Notes: generated by a model from the letters alone, not told the origin. A DNA stretch of 64,000 nucleotides from Octopus sinensis (GCF_006345805.1 NC_043021.1:26846001-26910000), one strand, 5' to 3'; shown: positions 40,391 to 54,252, numbered from the stretch's first letter. Made by a program: numbers and translations.

Positions 40391-43300
40391 TTGTTATTGG
40401 TGTTGTTTATCTTCCTTTCTACCCCCTCCAATCAGCCCTGACTGAACAGATTTATAATTATAATTAAAGGCAATCCAATTGTGACCATTTCATCGTTTTC
40501 AGATGTGTAGAGAAATCCAGATCCACATTTTCTAACATGTTCTTTTCTAAGATGAGAGAGTGTAATTTGAGAGAGAGTGAGAGAAATGTGACTGCTATTT
40601 CTTGCACATTGGGTGACTGTGAAGAAACTTTCAAGGTCCATGAGACACAGGTTCAAATTCCATCATAGTAGTCACTTTACAGTTGTTGCTGTTATGGGTG
40701 TTGTTTAAGTATTCAGTTACTAAATTTCTGTTCAAATATACTGACTTTATTTCAGTTAATTTTAAAAACAATGAAGAATTTGATAAAATTACAGTCATTA
40801 TTAAAACGATGTTTGGAACATAAATTAACATGAAATTTTAATATGATGCTTTAATTCACATCATTTTAAAACGGGAACATGTTATTATAGAACCAGGTCT
40901 GTTCTAGGTGGGTTAATATCAAAAGGGTCCACTCCAAATCAGCCTCTGTCTATGCCAGACTATCGTCCATCTAAAGTCATCCCAGCTGTGAAAATTCCAT
41001 CCTTTTATGTATATTATAAAGTAATTTAAATAAACCTGGTTGCTATTTCTAGCAAGCTGAATGACCCAACCACACAGAAACTCCCTCATTGGTTCATTTA
41101 CAATTTTTTAATACTGAAAACTATATATGAAGAAGTGGGGTGGAGGAAGAACGATTGATTGGGAGATGGAAGGGGAGAACATGAAAAAATATGAAGACAG
41201 AGGCAGGGAGTAAAAGAAAAAGAGATTGGAAGAGAGTAAGATAGAGGAAGGGTGGCGAGAGAGTGAGGGATAAAAGGAGAGATGAAGAGAGTAGTTGAAT
41301 CAAAGTAGTAGCTAAACCTTACACTAATATGCTCCCAATGATGAACCCTTGATATCCAGTGAGTCCCAATCTTTCCACTGCCAATGATTCCTTTTACTGA
41401 AAAGAATTTTTCCATGCAGCCCAGGTTTTTGAAAAGGTCTCTCTAATCAACAAAATGATTATACTAACAAAAAAAATATTTTTCTCAGTTTCATTCCCCA
41501 ATTAAAATACGTTTGTTAATGAAACATTAAATGTGGCAGAGCAACATTACCCCATATATTGCAGCCTTTCAAAATGGCCCCATTTAATTTAAATGAATTT
41601 TCTTATGGAGCCCAGGTTTTGAAATGGACCTATCTGATCAACAAGATGATTTTAGTAACAATATCTTTTGCCTAGTCTCATCCCTCAGTTAAAAGATATA
41701 TATATAGGTAAATAGTTATATGTAACTGAGCAATTCTATATTGTAAAGGTGCATGGCCTAGTGGTTTAGATGCTGCGCTCATGATTGCTGATCGTGGGTT
41801 CAATTCCTGGACAGGGGAGTGCATTGTGTTCTTAAGAAAAACACTTCATTTCATGTTGCTTTGCAGGTAGGAAAGTGACAACAAGAACCTGAGATAAACA
41901 ATGACCCCCACTCCATACACACATACATACATATACAGAATGACATATGTGCATACACATACATGCGCATATATGTACATATGTATATGCATACAAATAT
42001 AGTCACACACACATGTATGTGAATACGTACACACATACACGTGTACATACATAGAAACGTACACATACTAGTTGATAGGGGAGTCTCTACTTGTTAACTT
42101 AAAACTGCTAAACACAGCAGCAAAATCTTCATCTAATCACATAGACGCAGGAGTGGCTGTGTGGTAAGTAGCTTGCTTACCAACCACATGGTTCCGGGTT
42201 CAGTCCCACTGCGTGACACCTTGAGCAAGTGTCCTCTACTATAGCCTCAGGCCAACCAAAGTCTTGTGAGTGGATTTGGTAGACGGAAACTGAATGAAGT
42301 CCATCGTATATATGTATATATATATATATGTGTGTGTGTGTGTATGTTTGTGTGACTGTGTTTATCTCCCCCAACATCGCTTGACAACCGATGCTGGTGT
42401 GTTTATGTTCCCTTAACTTAGCAGTTCAGCAAAAGAGACCGATAGAATAAGTACTAGGCTTACAACGAATAAGTCCTGGTGTCAATTTGCTTGACTAAAG
42501 GCGGTGCACCAGCATGGCCACAGTCAAATGACTGAAACAAGTAAAAGAGTAGAGTCTTTAAAATGGTAGGAAGCATTGAATTATGTAATCCTAGATATAC
42601 AATGTCAACTTGACCAGGGCTGACCTGATGAACTATGACTAAACAACAACTATGATGACAACAACAATAACAACAGCAACAACTGCAATAACGCATGAGG
42701 AAATCTCAAAAAAAATTTCAAAAACCAGCTGATCCATGTTAGCATGAATGTGAGAAAGAAAGCATTGTCATGTCAGCAGATATGCTTTACAATATATCTT
42801 CCAGCTCTCTAAATTCTGAGTTGAAACCCCACCTGACTGAAGAAAGCAACAGAGAAACCACTCTCATATTCATCCCAAGTCTAGTCATGGTAGCCTGAAG
42901 TTTCAGTAATCCATTTAACAATAGCAGAGAGAGGTATAGACTCTCTTAGGTTGTACAGAGAGTGCTGGAGAAAGTTCACATGTGCAGGACCTGCCTAAGG
43001 GCAGGCTACCACAAGACTAGATTTGGCAAATATACATTGTATACAACAACCTTTTAGAGGACCCTATTTAAATGTCTAAACAGATTTTGAACAGATACAA
43101 TGGGCTTCTTTCAGCTTTTGTCTTAGGCTAAAGTAGATGACACTTACTCAAGGTGCAATGCTGTGGAACGGGACCTGAAGCACCATGGTTGGGAAGCAAA
43201 CTTCTTGGCCATGTTAGAATACTTGTAAAACTTGTTCTATAATGAGGTGAGAGAAATAAAACAAAAAGAGTATGTTAGGGTAGAAGGCAGAGGGTGTGAT

Positions 43301-44779
43301 GTAATTGTGGTGGCAGTAATTACAGTTCTGAACTTCAGAATTTTAATCCAGACAATAGCTGTTGCAGTTGCTCTTGTTATTCATGGTTTTCTTTTTGTAA
43401 TTATTTATTCTTTTTCTTTTATACTCATGCTAACATGGGTCAACAGGTTTTTGAAATTTTTTAAAGATTTCCTTATTCATCATTGCAGTTATTGCTGTTT
43501 AGCCATACTTCACCAGGTCAGCCCTGGCCAAGCTGACATTGTGTATCTAGGATTACAGATTCAATGGTTCCTAGCATTTTAAAGACATTAACATTTGATT
43601 TGAGGAGATTTCGCTGCTGTGTCTAGCAGGTTTGCGTTAACATGTAGAGACTCCTTTATCAACAAGTGTATGTGTGTATTTGTATGTACATACATGTGTG
43701 TGTGTGAATTTATATTTCTATGCATATATACCTCTCAGCATTCACCATTTTCCTCTCATTCTGGTCTAACGACTCTCCATGTTTGTTTTCATTCGGTTTC
43801 CTTGTATGTCTCCACTCTCCTGTCTTTGTTCCCAACTTTGACCCTCCATAACCCTAAATTTCATTTTAGAATTCATAGGAGCAACTGTCTTTAAAGACTC
43901 ATATTGTCATTGAAGGCTTGAAATGGAGAGTGGATGGATGGCCAACGACTGATGAAGGGTCCTCTCTCTCTCTTTGCTTCTTCTGTTTTCCATTTTTCTC
44001 ATTCATGTATTTCACTCGTTTTTCTCTCCTTTGTTTACATATTTCATGTTGTTTGCTCTGCTGCTGACCTCCTATGCCCATGTGTGCATATATATTATAT
44101 ATTATTTTTTATCACACATATATATATATGTGTGTGTGTGTATGCATTTATGCATGTATGGGGATGCAGATGTGTATGCATATGCACATGTGTATGTGTA
44201 TTCACATGTATATATGTATGTACATACACATGTGTGTGTGTGTGGAGGTTGTTTACCTCAAGTACCTGTTTACACAAGTGTACCTTGTCTAGACATCATG
44301 TGATGGTTACAAATGAACATCACCATCATACTAGCAAGGTCAGTCATTTCCAGTCTTCCATGTAAAACATATATGGCCATGGGAAAATATAACCTTGCAT
44401 GAAAATAGGTGAGGGTTGGCAACAGGGAAGGCACCCAGCAGTAGGAAAAAGATCTACCGTAACAAAATTCCATGTGACCCATGCAAGCATTGAAAAGTGG
44501 ACATTAAATGATGATGATGATGATGATGCACTCCACCATGCACACACACATATATATGTATAACAGCCAGAATAGATACTGCAAAATATTTCACCTACTA
44601 CTCTCGCACTGTCACCAATCCATTATTCCAGTCTGTTGTTATCTTTAACACCCAACCCACTATCCAACTATCCGAAATCCCCAAAATGATGAAAAGCAAA
44701 ATTGATCATGGCATAATTTGCTTTCAGAGTGCAAGGGTAGAATGAACAACTTGGTCAATGTGGTGCCAATGGATCAAAA

Positions 44780-45650
44780 CAGCTTGATTCAAACTCATTG
44801 GTGCTCTGCAATTCAACAGATTCACACATTTATTGCAGCAGTCCTTCAGATTTTCTAAACCCTGTAAAAGCACTCGGATCAGGGTCAGTTGGGCACCGTC
44901 TGTGAGAAAAACAGCACCATGATGCAATTCACTCTGCCAGGAATTTGGAAACGACATTCTGTACTGCTTGGCATTCACACTGGAAACTCCAATACGAACA
45001 TTTCAGAGAGCTTGTGTGTCAATCTGAGGGCAGTGCAGAGGATTCGAGAAGAGTTGGATGAGTCTAATGGTGATTACAAAGGTGTTTGGAGTGTTCACTA
45101 GTGATGGTGACATTATGTCTCCATTCATCTTCCCACACGGCCTCAGACTCAACATGGAGGCCTACACCAAGTAACTGGAGGAGGTACTACTACCCTGGGT
45201 CAAGAGGGTGGCTGCTGGAAGACCCTATGTCTGACAACAGGACTCTGCACCATGCCGCACAAATAGGTGAATCTTGTTGTGGATGTCAGACAATCTCTGT
45301 GACCACATCACCCCTAAAATCTAGCCACCCAACTCCCCAGACTGCAACCCCCTTGATTATTATGTGTGGGGTGCAGTTGAGTGAGAGACCAACAAAACTC
45401 CTTGTAACACCAAGGATTATGTCAGCATTTACCAACTTAAACAAGGAGACTGTCCTGAAGAGTTGCAGGTGATTCCACAGTTATCTGGGGGCCATGGTTG
45501 AAGCCAATGGGGATTTTATTGAATAAATTCACTCCTTAGTATTTCAAGATATTTTTATGTAATTTTGGTAAATATATCTGTGAAAATAAGATGTCATTAT
45601 TTTCATTTTTGCATAGTTTAGATGACAATTTATTCACTGTGACCCCATGT
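44780..45650 (+). mobile_element. Defective Tc1/mariner maT (DD37D) transposon with internal deletion
   Basis: N-terminal MQFTLPGIWKRHSVLLGIH...VQRIREELDESNG is joined to FGVFTSDG...QQD(45241)SAPC...PPNSPDCNPLD(45355)YYVWG. There are 37 codons between the last two Asp residues, and several stops. Confidence 0.85.
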
Positions 45651-45708
45651 GTAACATTGGCGATTTTCTTTCTCTGTCTTCCCTTCCTTGGACCTTTCCT
45701 TTTCCTAT

Positions 45709-45743
45709 GTTTCTGACAAAGAGCTCTGCTCGAAATGTTAAAT
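45709..45743 (+). ncRNA. Degenerate minimal hammerhead-like fold in a probable Penelope terminal-repeat remnant (45660-45845)
   Basis: ttt-CTGACAA-A-GAGC-tct-GCTC-GAAA-TG-TTA^aa. Stem I is weak and there are two lesions. Confidence 0.4.
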
Positions 45744-47059
45744 CCTCCTTCTTTCTTTCCTTTTCCTGAGCGTCTAATAACACTATACTTTTACCATGTC
45801 TTCGCGTTGTTCTGTTTTCTCTTTGTTCATGTTTGGATTAACTATATATATATATATATATATAGGGAAATAAACTTATAAGCACAAATTCAATTTTACA
45901 GATACATAACCTCACAATTCACACACACACACACACCACACACACACACTCACACACAAAGACATAGACAGACAGATACAAAGGCAGTCATCTGTCTGCA
46001 AGAGAGGTGACTTTACTAAAATGTCATTGAGTCAACTCACCTCCTACAACAGATAAATAAACAAACAAAATAAATATACAAGGACAGATAAAAAAAACAA
46101 ACGATAAAACAATAAGAAACAAGAAAAAAGCCAAATGGCTTCCAAATTTGCAGGGCTTCACTCCACCCCACCCTACCCTGTTCCTGACTCCTTCCTCTGT
46201 AATTAATGAGCAGAACAGTTGACAACAACAACAGCAACTACAAGAATAATAACAACAATGGCAGTGATGTAGAAGAACCAAATAAAAGACAATAAAATAA
46301 CAACTACACATACACACACACACACACACATACACAGAGAAATGTAGGAACAGTTACACATACACAAACATGCATGCAGGCATGGCTGTGTAGCTAAGTA
46401 CACACATACACACACACACACACATACACACACACATACACACACACACACACTCATGCGCACACACCCACATATATGCACATAATGGTTTCAAATTTTG
46501 GCACAAGGCCAGCAAGTTTGGAGAGAGGGGGTTAAATCGATTACATTGTCCCCAATAAGCAACTGGTACTTATTTTATTGACTCTGAAAAGATGAAAGTC
46601 AAAGTAGACTTTGGTGAAATTTGAACTCAGAATGTAAAAGCAGGAACAAAACTCTGTCAGTTTTGACTCTAATTCAGCTGAATTACCTGCTCATTGAATA
46701 AGCATTTACATGGCTGAGTACTCCACAGACATGTGTACTATTAGTGTAATTCTCAAGCAAAATTGGTGTAACACAGTGTGACATTACCGGACCTTTTAAT
46801 TACAGGTATAAACTATTTATCAGGCTGTCTTGTAGTTGCCTTCTATTTGATTGCATTCAAAAGGCTTGGGACGACTCAGGGTTGTAGTAAGAGATACTTG
46901 ATTGAGATGCCCTGCAGTGGGATTGAATCTGGGATCTAATGATTTCAAAATGAATTTCTTGACCATTCAACGATTTCAGAATCTGGAACCATGTTCTTGG
47001 GATGCAAACTTCCTATCATGCAGCCATTCCTACACTTTGAAGGCAAGTTTGAAAATACC

Positions 47060-48250
47060 AGTGCCTTTAGACATGCCTGTGCTTATAGCCATGTCTGTGC
47101 CTATAGTAATGTCTATACCTATGAGTCATGCCTACCTGTAGCCATTATTGAGCCAATAAGTATTGCCTGCACCTATAGCCAAGGCAGCATCCATAGCTAT
47201 AACTATGCCTGCACCTATAGCCATACCTGTGTCCATAAGTCACACCTGTGCCTATAACCTTATCTGCATATATAGCCATGCTTGCACCTGTAAGTCACAC
47301 CTGTACCTGTAGCCAAGCCTGCACCAATAAGCCATGTCCCTGCCTGTGCCTATAGCCATGCCTGTGTCTGAAGCCATGCCTGCACTTATAATCATTCCAT
47401 GCATGCACTTTTAAGTCATGCCTTTGCCTATAGCCATGTCTGCCAGCTATAGTCATTCCTATGACTATAGCCATACCTGTAATCATAAGCCAAACCTGTG
47501 TCTATAGCCACTCCTGTATCTGTAAGCCATGTCTACGTGGTCTGATCAATAAGTATCCGGACTGTTGCTATAGTAACGAAGCTAAAGCATGCAGAGTGAA
47601 GCTACTCAGCACAGATTCTCCTTGAACTCCTTTGTGAAGGTACTCTGAGTTTTAACGTTCTCGCTCACTTCCACTGTTTACATTAGTGCTTGGAAGAAAG
47701 GTGTGTAGCATGTGATCATCACATTGACTGTGACAGAGGAAGTTGTCATGGTGATACCTGCTCAGAGGCCTATGCAAAGTTACAGAAAGTGTATGGAGAG
47801 TAGTGTATGAGCTGTGTACAAGTGGTTCAGACGTTTCCAAGATGGCTGAAAAAAATGTTGACATTGATAAATGTTCTGGGAGACCCGTAACCAGCAGAAC
47901 CGAGAAAAACATCACAGTTGTGCTTGCAGTTGTGAGAGGAAATCATTGAATCACCATCCATGAGTTATCAGAGGATGTGCAGATTAGTTACGGTTCAGTT
48001 CAGTCCATTTTCACTGAAGTTTTGTGTCTGAGATGCCTGAGCCTATAGCCACGCCTGTGTCTAATAGCCATTTTTGTGCCTATAACCATTCCTGTATAAC
48101 CATTCTTGTAGCCATGCCTGTGCTTACAGCCATGCTTGCACCTATATCCATACCTGCACCTACAAGTCATGTCTATGCCTATAGAAATGCCTGTGCTTGT
48201 AGCCATGCCAGCACCTATAAGCCATGCTAGTACTCATAAGGCATGCCTGT
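47060..48250. repeat. Degenerate 18-bp minisatellite (agccatgcctgtgcctat), interrupted by a mariner
   Basis: Units such as gccatgcctgtgcttata, gccatacctgtgtccata and gccactcctgtatctgta at 47060-47533 and 48036-48250. Confidence 0.85.
47536..48035 (+). mobile_element. 5' half of a mariner element (left TIR and HTH region)
   Basis: TA|CGTGGTCTGATCAATAAGTATCCGGACT, then frames GDTCSEAYAKLQKVYGE...FRRFQDG...SGRPVTSRTEKNI...ITIHELSEDVQISYGSVQSIFTEVL. Confidence 0.85.
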
Positions 48251-48833
48251 GCATGTAGCTAAACATACAGAAGGGATTCTGAATAATTTTTCTGAATCAA
48301 AATTTATTGAGAAACCATTGGTCACCATGAGGCTACATAAGAAAGCAAGCAGCACAAATATCAAACCTGCAAACTCATGGATACCAAGCAAATTACTTAA
48401 CCAGGCAGCAACACCATGCCTGCATAAAGATGTAACACATTCAATCAAAAGACAAATTGGCAGGTGGATTGAAGTCTAAATAACAACTCATTTGTAATTA
48501 CATAAACCTGAACACATGGATATGTATCCTTCTACCAAACCCCTTGCACATCAACTCCTACCACTTTATTTCTTCAGGACCTCATTCTCTTTCTCTCTTT
48601 CTCCCCCCCCCCGTCTCACACATACATGCACACACACGCACAGACACATAATGAAGAATTAATAGCTTCCTCACCTGTGTTCTACACACACAAACACACA
48701 CATGTACATATGCACACAGACACACATACACAAACATGCACCTCTTCATACTCATTACTTACAATCATCTTGGCATACATGCAGACATATAGATACATAC
48801 ATACAATCATGCATGCATACATACATATATATA

Positions 48834-49050
48834 TTTCTTTACTACCCACAAGGGGCTAAACACAGAGGGGACAAACAAGGACAGACAAAGGGTTTAAGTC
48901 GACTACATCGACCCTAGTGCGTAACTGGTACTTAATTTATCGACCCCGAAAGGATGAAAGGCAAAGTCGACCTCGGCGGAATTTGAACTCGGAACGTAAT
49001 GGCAGACGAAATACGGCTACGAATTTCGCCCAGCGTGCTAACGTTTCTAC
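48834..49050 (-). mobile_element. Young-looking SINE family A
   Basis: CpG-rich gtcgacctcggcggaatttgaactcggaacgtaatggcagacgaaatacgg. Confidence 0.85.
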
Positions 49051-49116
49051 CAGCTCATACATATATACATACACATGCTTATTCATTCATACTTGCATCT
49101 TTCCAATCCCTCTCTT

Positions 49117-49147
<31 letters not shown>

Positions 49148-50031
49148 TATATCTACATACACACACACATTTACATACATGTGCACATTCATACACACAC
49201 ACACGTACACAAACACACACACGTACACATATCTATATACACACGTACACACAAACACACAACAGACAAGGACAATAGTGTCTACTCCAGAGGTGACTTC
49301 ATTAAAAATAGACACCTCATCACCCTCGACACCACCACTGCCGCCGCCACCACCACCAAAGAGATAGTGTCATTGAGTCGACTACCTTTACCCACTCCCC
49401 AAGCCATCACCTCCTCCTCCTCCTTGTCCTAACCAATCAACTAACCAAAGAATAAATAAATAAACAGCTAGAAGTAAGAATGGAAAACAATTATAGAAAA
49501 AAACCCAATAAAAACAAGGACGACAATAGCTTCTGTGAACCCCCCTCTCTGCTCCTTCCAAAACACACACAGACACACTAACACCAACTGGCTCTGTAAT
49601 TAAAGGTGTAGGTGTGGATGTGTGGAGCACTGTGGTGAGTAAACATGACACCTAATCACAACAGCAACCAACAACAACAACAGTGATAACAGTAGAAATC
49701 TCAACTAGAAATAACAACGAAATCACACTCATATTACAGTTTACCATCTTCGTAAAAAAAAGAAGGATCTCTGGCAGAACTAGAATTAATATTGACTTAG
49801 ATAATTCTCAATTTTGCAACTCCAAAGAACAAAAATAACAAAAATATTAAAAAATAAGCACAGACATAGTTGCATAGTTACGAAACTTCAATTTGTAACT
49901 ATTTTGGTCAAGGTGCTACTGTGTGCTGCATGGTGGGACTGAACCCAAAACCATGCAGTTATGCAGCAAGCTTCTTAACCACACAATCATGCCTGCACCT
50001 ATATGTACGTATGTATGTATATGTATGTATG

Positions 50032-50072
<41 letters not shown>

Positions 50073-50264
50073 TCTCGTTTTACTTGTTTCAGTCATTTGA
50101 CTGTGGCCATGCTGGAGCACCACCTTTAGTCGAGCAAATCGACCCCAGGACTTGTTCTTTGTAAGCCTAGTACTTATTCTATCGGTCAATTTTGCCGAAA
50201 CGCTAAGTTATGGGGACGTAAACACACCGTTGTCAAGCGATGTTGGGGGGCAAACACAGACGCA

Positions 50265-50452
50265 CAAACATACATACATATATACATACATATATATATA
50301 CATACATACATGTATATATACATACATATCATTCACCATTATTGTTCGACCGTGGTCGAGACATATATATATATATATATACAAACATACATATATAAAT
50401 ACATACATACATATAATATATACATACATATATATATATATAATATATATAC

Positions 50453-50483
<31 letters not shown>

Positions 50484-50503
50484 CATACATATATATATAT
50501 AAC

Positions 50504-50534
<31 letters not shown>

Positions 50535-50618
50535 ACATACATACATATATACATACATACATATATAATACATACATACATATATATATATATACATACA
50601 TATATATTATATACATAC

Positions 50619-50649
<31 letters not shown>

Positions 50650-51126
50650 CATATATATTATATACATACTACATATATATATATACATACATATATATAT
50701 ATTATACATACATATAATATATATATACATACTATATATATACATACATACATACATATATATATATACATACAGATATATATATATATAATACATATAT
50801 ATATACATACATACATATATTATATATACATACATATATATATACATACATATATATATATATACTTACATACATATATATATTACATACATATATATAT
50901 AACATACATATATATATATACATACATATATATATATATACTTACATACATATATATATATATACATACATATACATATAATATATACATACATATATAT
51001 ATACATACATATATATATATATATACATATATATAATATATACATACATATATATATATATACATACATATATATATATATACATACTATATATATATAT
51101 ATATATTATATATATACATACATACA

Positions 51127-51158
<32 letters not shown>

Positions 51159-51558
51159 CATATATATACATACACACATGCATACATACATATATAATAC
51201 ATACATAATATATATATACATACATATATATATACATACATATATATATATACATACATATATATATATACATACATATATATATATAAATACATATATA
51301 TATATAATACATATATATATATCAATACTATATATATATACATACATATATATTATACATATATATATATATATACATACATATATATATATATACATAC
51401 ATAATACATATATATATATACATACACATATATATATTACATACACATATATATATACATACATATATATAATACATATATATATATATAATACATACAT
51501 ATATATATATATATACATACATTATATATATATACATATAATATATATATATACATAC

Positions 51559-51591
<33 letters not shown>

Positions 51592-51912
51592 CATACATAT
51601 ATATACATATATATATATATACATATATATATATACATATATAATATATATATACATATATATATATATACATATATACATATTATATATATATATATAT
51701 ACATATGCATACATATATATATATATACATATACATATGCATACATATATATATATACATATACATATGCATACATATATATATATACATATACATATAT
51801 ATACATATATATATATACATATACATATGCATACATATATATATATACATATACATATATATACATATACATATATATACATATACATATATATACATAT
51901 ACATATATATAC

Positions 51913-51949
<37 letters not shown>

Positions 51950-52000
51950 CATATATATATACATACATATATATATATACATATATATATACATATACAT
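50265..52000. repeat. About 1.7-kb (TA)/(TACA) microsatellite, starting from the internal repeat of a minus-strand SINE B 3' half (50072-50265)
   Basis: Direct reading. The SINE B body ends at gacgcacaaaca and runs into the repeat. Confidence 0.95.
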
Positions 52001-53336
52001 AGCAGCTAACCTGGCTCCATCAGGCTCAGGCTCGCAGATGGAACTGCCCATGGTTCACAAGACCGCCACAGCAGATGGACCCAGGGTGGACACCGCCGGC
52101 AACAGCATACACCTCACCTCGATGCTCCTACTGAACATCAGAGGACTACTAACACACAGTAACAGGACAAAAGTCCCGTTCCTGAGAGACTTTGTCGCAT
52201 GCAATCAAGCCTTATGCATAGCACTCACAGAAACGCATCTGAAACCGGACATAGCAGATGCGGAATTACACATACCACAGTATGTTGTACTACGGACTGA
52301 CAGGAAAGAAAGAAGTCATGGAGGAGTTGCTATGTACATCCGTGGGGACCTCACACCCCAGGTCCTTTTGTCATACTCAAACTCGGTGTGTGACACACTA
52401 ATTGTACACATAAGGCAACTTGATGTAATTGTGTGTGCTACATATCGCCCTCCAGATGCCCCAAGTCATATGGGTAAGTTTGAGGACTGCCTTTTAAAAA
52501 TAGAAGAAGTTCTAACCACATTAGAACAACACATAAGTGTACTTCTCATGGGAGACTTCAATCTACCGAATGTCAGATGGCCCGAGGGCCTTTCTCTCCC
52601 AGGAATGACAAGATGTGAACGAGGACAGGCGAGGTCCCTCCTGAACCTCACCAACACCCTGTACATGGAGCAAGTAATACTCCAACCAACCAGAGCAGGT
52701 AACACACTGGATCTCTGCTTCACAAATAATATGGATCTCATCCATAATGTGAAAGTGACACCGACACTACTCTCGGATCACAACATGGTAGAGCTGACCA
52801 TGTACGGGCCAAAAGAGAGCACGGACATGCAGCCTACAAGAAACCCTCAGAATCTTTCCAGCTTGAACTTCAATAAGGCAAACTGGAAACAAATTGAGAA
52901 AGAGATCCTCAAACAAAACTGGCCTGAATGTCTCTCCTCGCCGGACATCGACATGATACTTCAACAATTCATGTCTGTATGCAAGCCATATGCTACAAAT
53001 GTGTCCCAGAGAGAAAGGCCACTGTACACAAGAACAAAATCCCCAGAGAGAGGAAAATTTTAATGAGACGGCGTACAAAAATTTCAAATCGCCTAAACAA
53101 ACAAATTGAAAGCAGTGAAAAGTCCCGCCTGAAAATAAAACTGTTGGAAATTGAAAATTGTCTGCAACTCTCCCATGAGAAGGAAAGAGCAGACAAAGAA
53201 GCCTGGGCTATAGACAACATAAAAACTAACCCCAGAGCTTTCTACAGGTATGCCAAAGAAACAGCTACGGTGCACTGTAGGATAGGGCCACTCCTTGAAA
53301 AGGATGGCACACTCACAGGAAAACCAATGAGGGTAA
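52001..53336 (+). mobile_element. CR1-clade LINE fragment: APE endonuclease and linker, no RT
   Basis: MLLLNIRGL...ALTETHL...YRPP...MGDFNLP...[12 protein letters not shown]...LSDHNMV. One frameshift near 52980, then NIKTNPRAFYRYAK...IGPLLEKDGTLT (CR1 linker signature). Confidence 0.9.
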
Positions 53337-54034
53337 GTCAAAGTAGCAATACCCCAGTTTGTCCAATGACTGAAACAAGTAAAAGATAAATGAAAGATAT
53401 AAGATATAATTACATATATAACCGTTATCATTTTATATTTGTTTTCCATGCTAAATTAGGTTGAATAGTCTGACAGGGTCCAATGGACCAGAGGAGGACC
53501 ATCTCTTGCTCCAGTATCACAGTTTTGATGTGGTTTCTATGGCTAGATGCCCTTCCTAACATTAACTACCTTACATAGTGTAGTGAGTACTTTTATCAAG
53601 GCACCAGCCCTAATGAGTTCACTTTGTACCTTACAAGACTGAAGAGCCTCCTTGACAGAGAACAGATAAAAGACAGGGTGGATGCTTTAAGCAATGTTTT
53701 GAGAAGTTAAAGTATAATGTGTACCATGGAGGAGACTTATGGATATCTTGAATTTTACATGAGGTTGAGTTGGAGCTCAGAGATGAGAAAGGCTGAATTA
53801 GAGCTCAAAGTATGTGAATTATGTGAATTACTGGACTTGCTAATACAGTAATTGACATACACGAAATCACAGCATCAGCTATTTGCTGAGTCATTGAACA
53901 TCTCTGTGATTAAATATCTCACTTCAGTGCACTAAAATTGCATTGCCTAGAGTCATGTGTGTCTATCTACATATATTTGCATGTGCATTAGTCTCTCTCT
54001 CTCTCTATTTATATGTATATATACACACACATAT

Positions 54035-54065
<31 letters not shown>

Positions 54066-54192
54066 TACACACACACATATACATATACCAGAGTAAGCAG
54101 ATAAATGCAAAGCAAGGTGGAAATAAAATAGTACTTAAATAGCAGAGGTAGAGTAATATACTTTATTGATAAAGCTCCAAAGATATCACAAA

Positions 54193-54236
54193 AGCTGTTA
54201 CTCAGAGTTTCATATTCCCATTTGGTGGACAGTTTT
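54193..54236 (-). ncRNA. Second minimal hammerhead copy (GAAA intact, core decayed to CCACCAA)
   Basis: aaaactgt-CCACCAA-at-gggaat-at-GAAA-CTCTGAG-TA^acagcttt. Confidence 0.5.
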
Positions 54237-54252
54237 ATTTAAGAATATCATA

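Noticed and set aside
41411-41697. Degenerate ~190-bp-period duplication (gagcccaggtttt...atcaacaa.atgatt)
   Set aside because: Only two diverged copies with no recognisable termini or coding signal.
43949-43960. CTGATGAAGGG half hammerhead core, possibly ending a Penelope remnant
   Set aside because: It is truncated by a (CT)n tract, with no stem II partner or GAAA, so it cannot be supported.
51705-53063. 452-aa ORF suggesting a novel fusion protein
   Set aside because: The first ~100 aa are the (TA/TACA) repeat read through by chance; the rest is the CR1 endonuclease.
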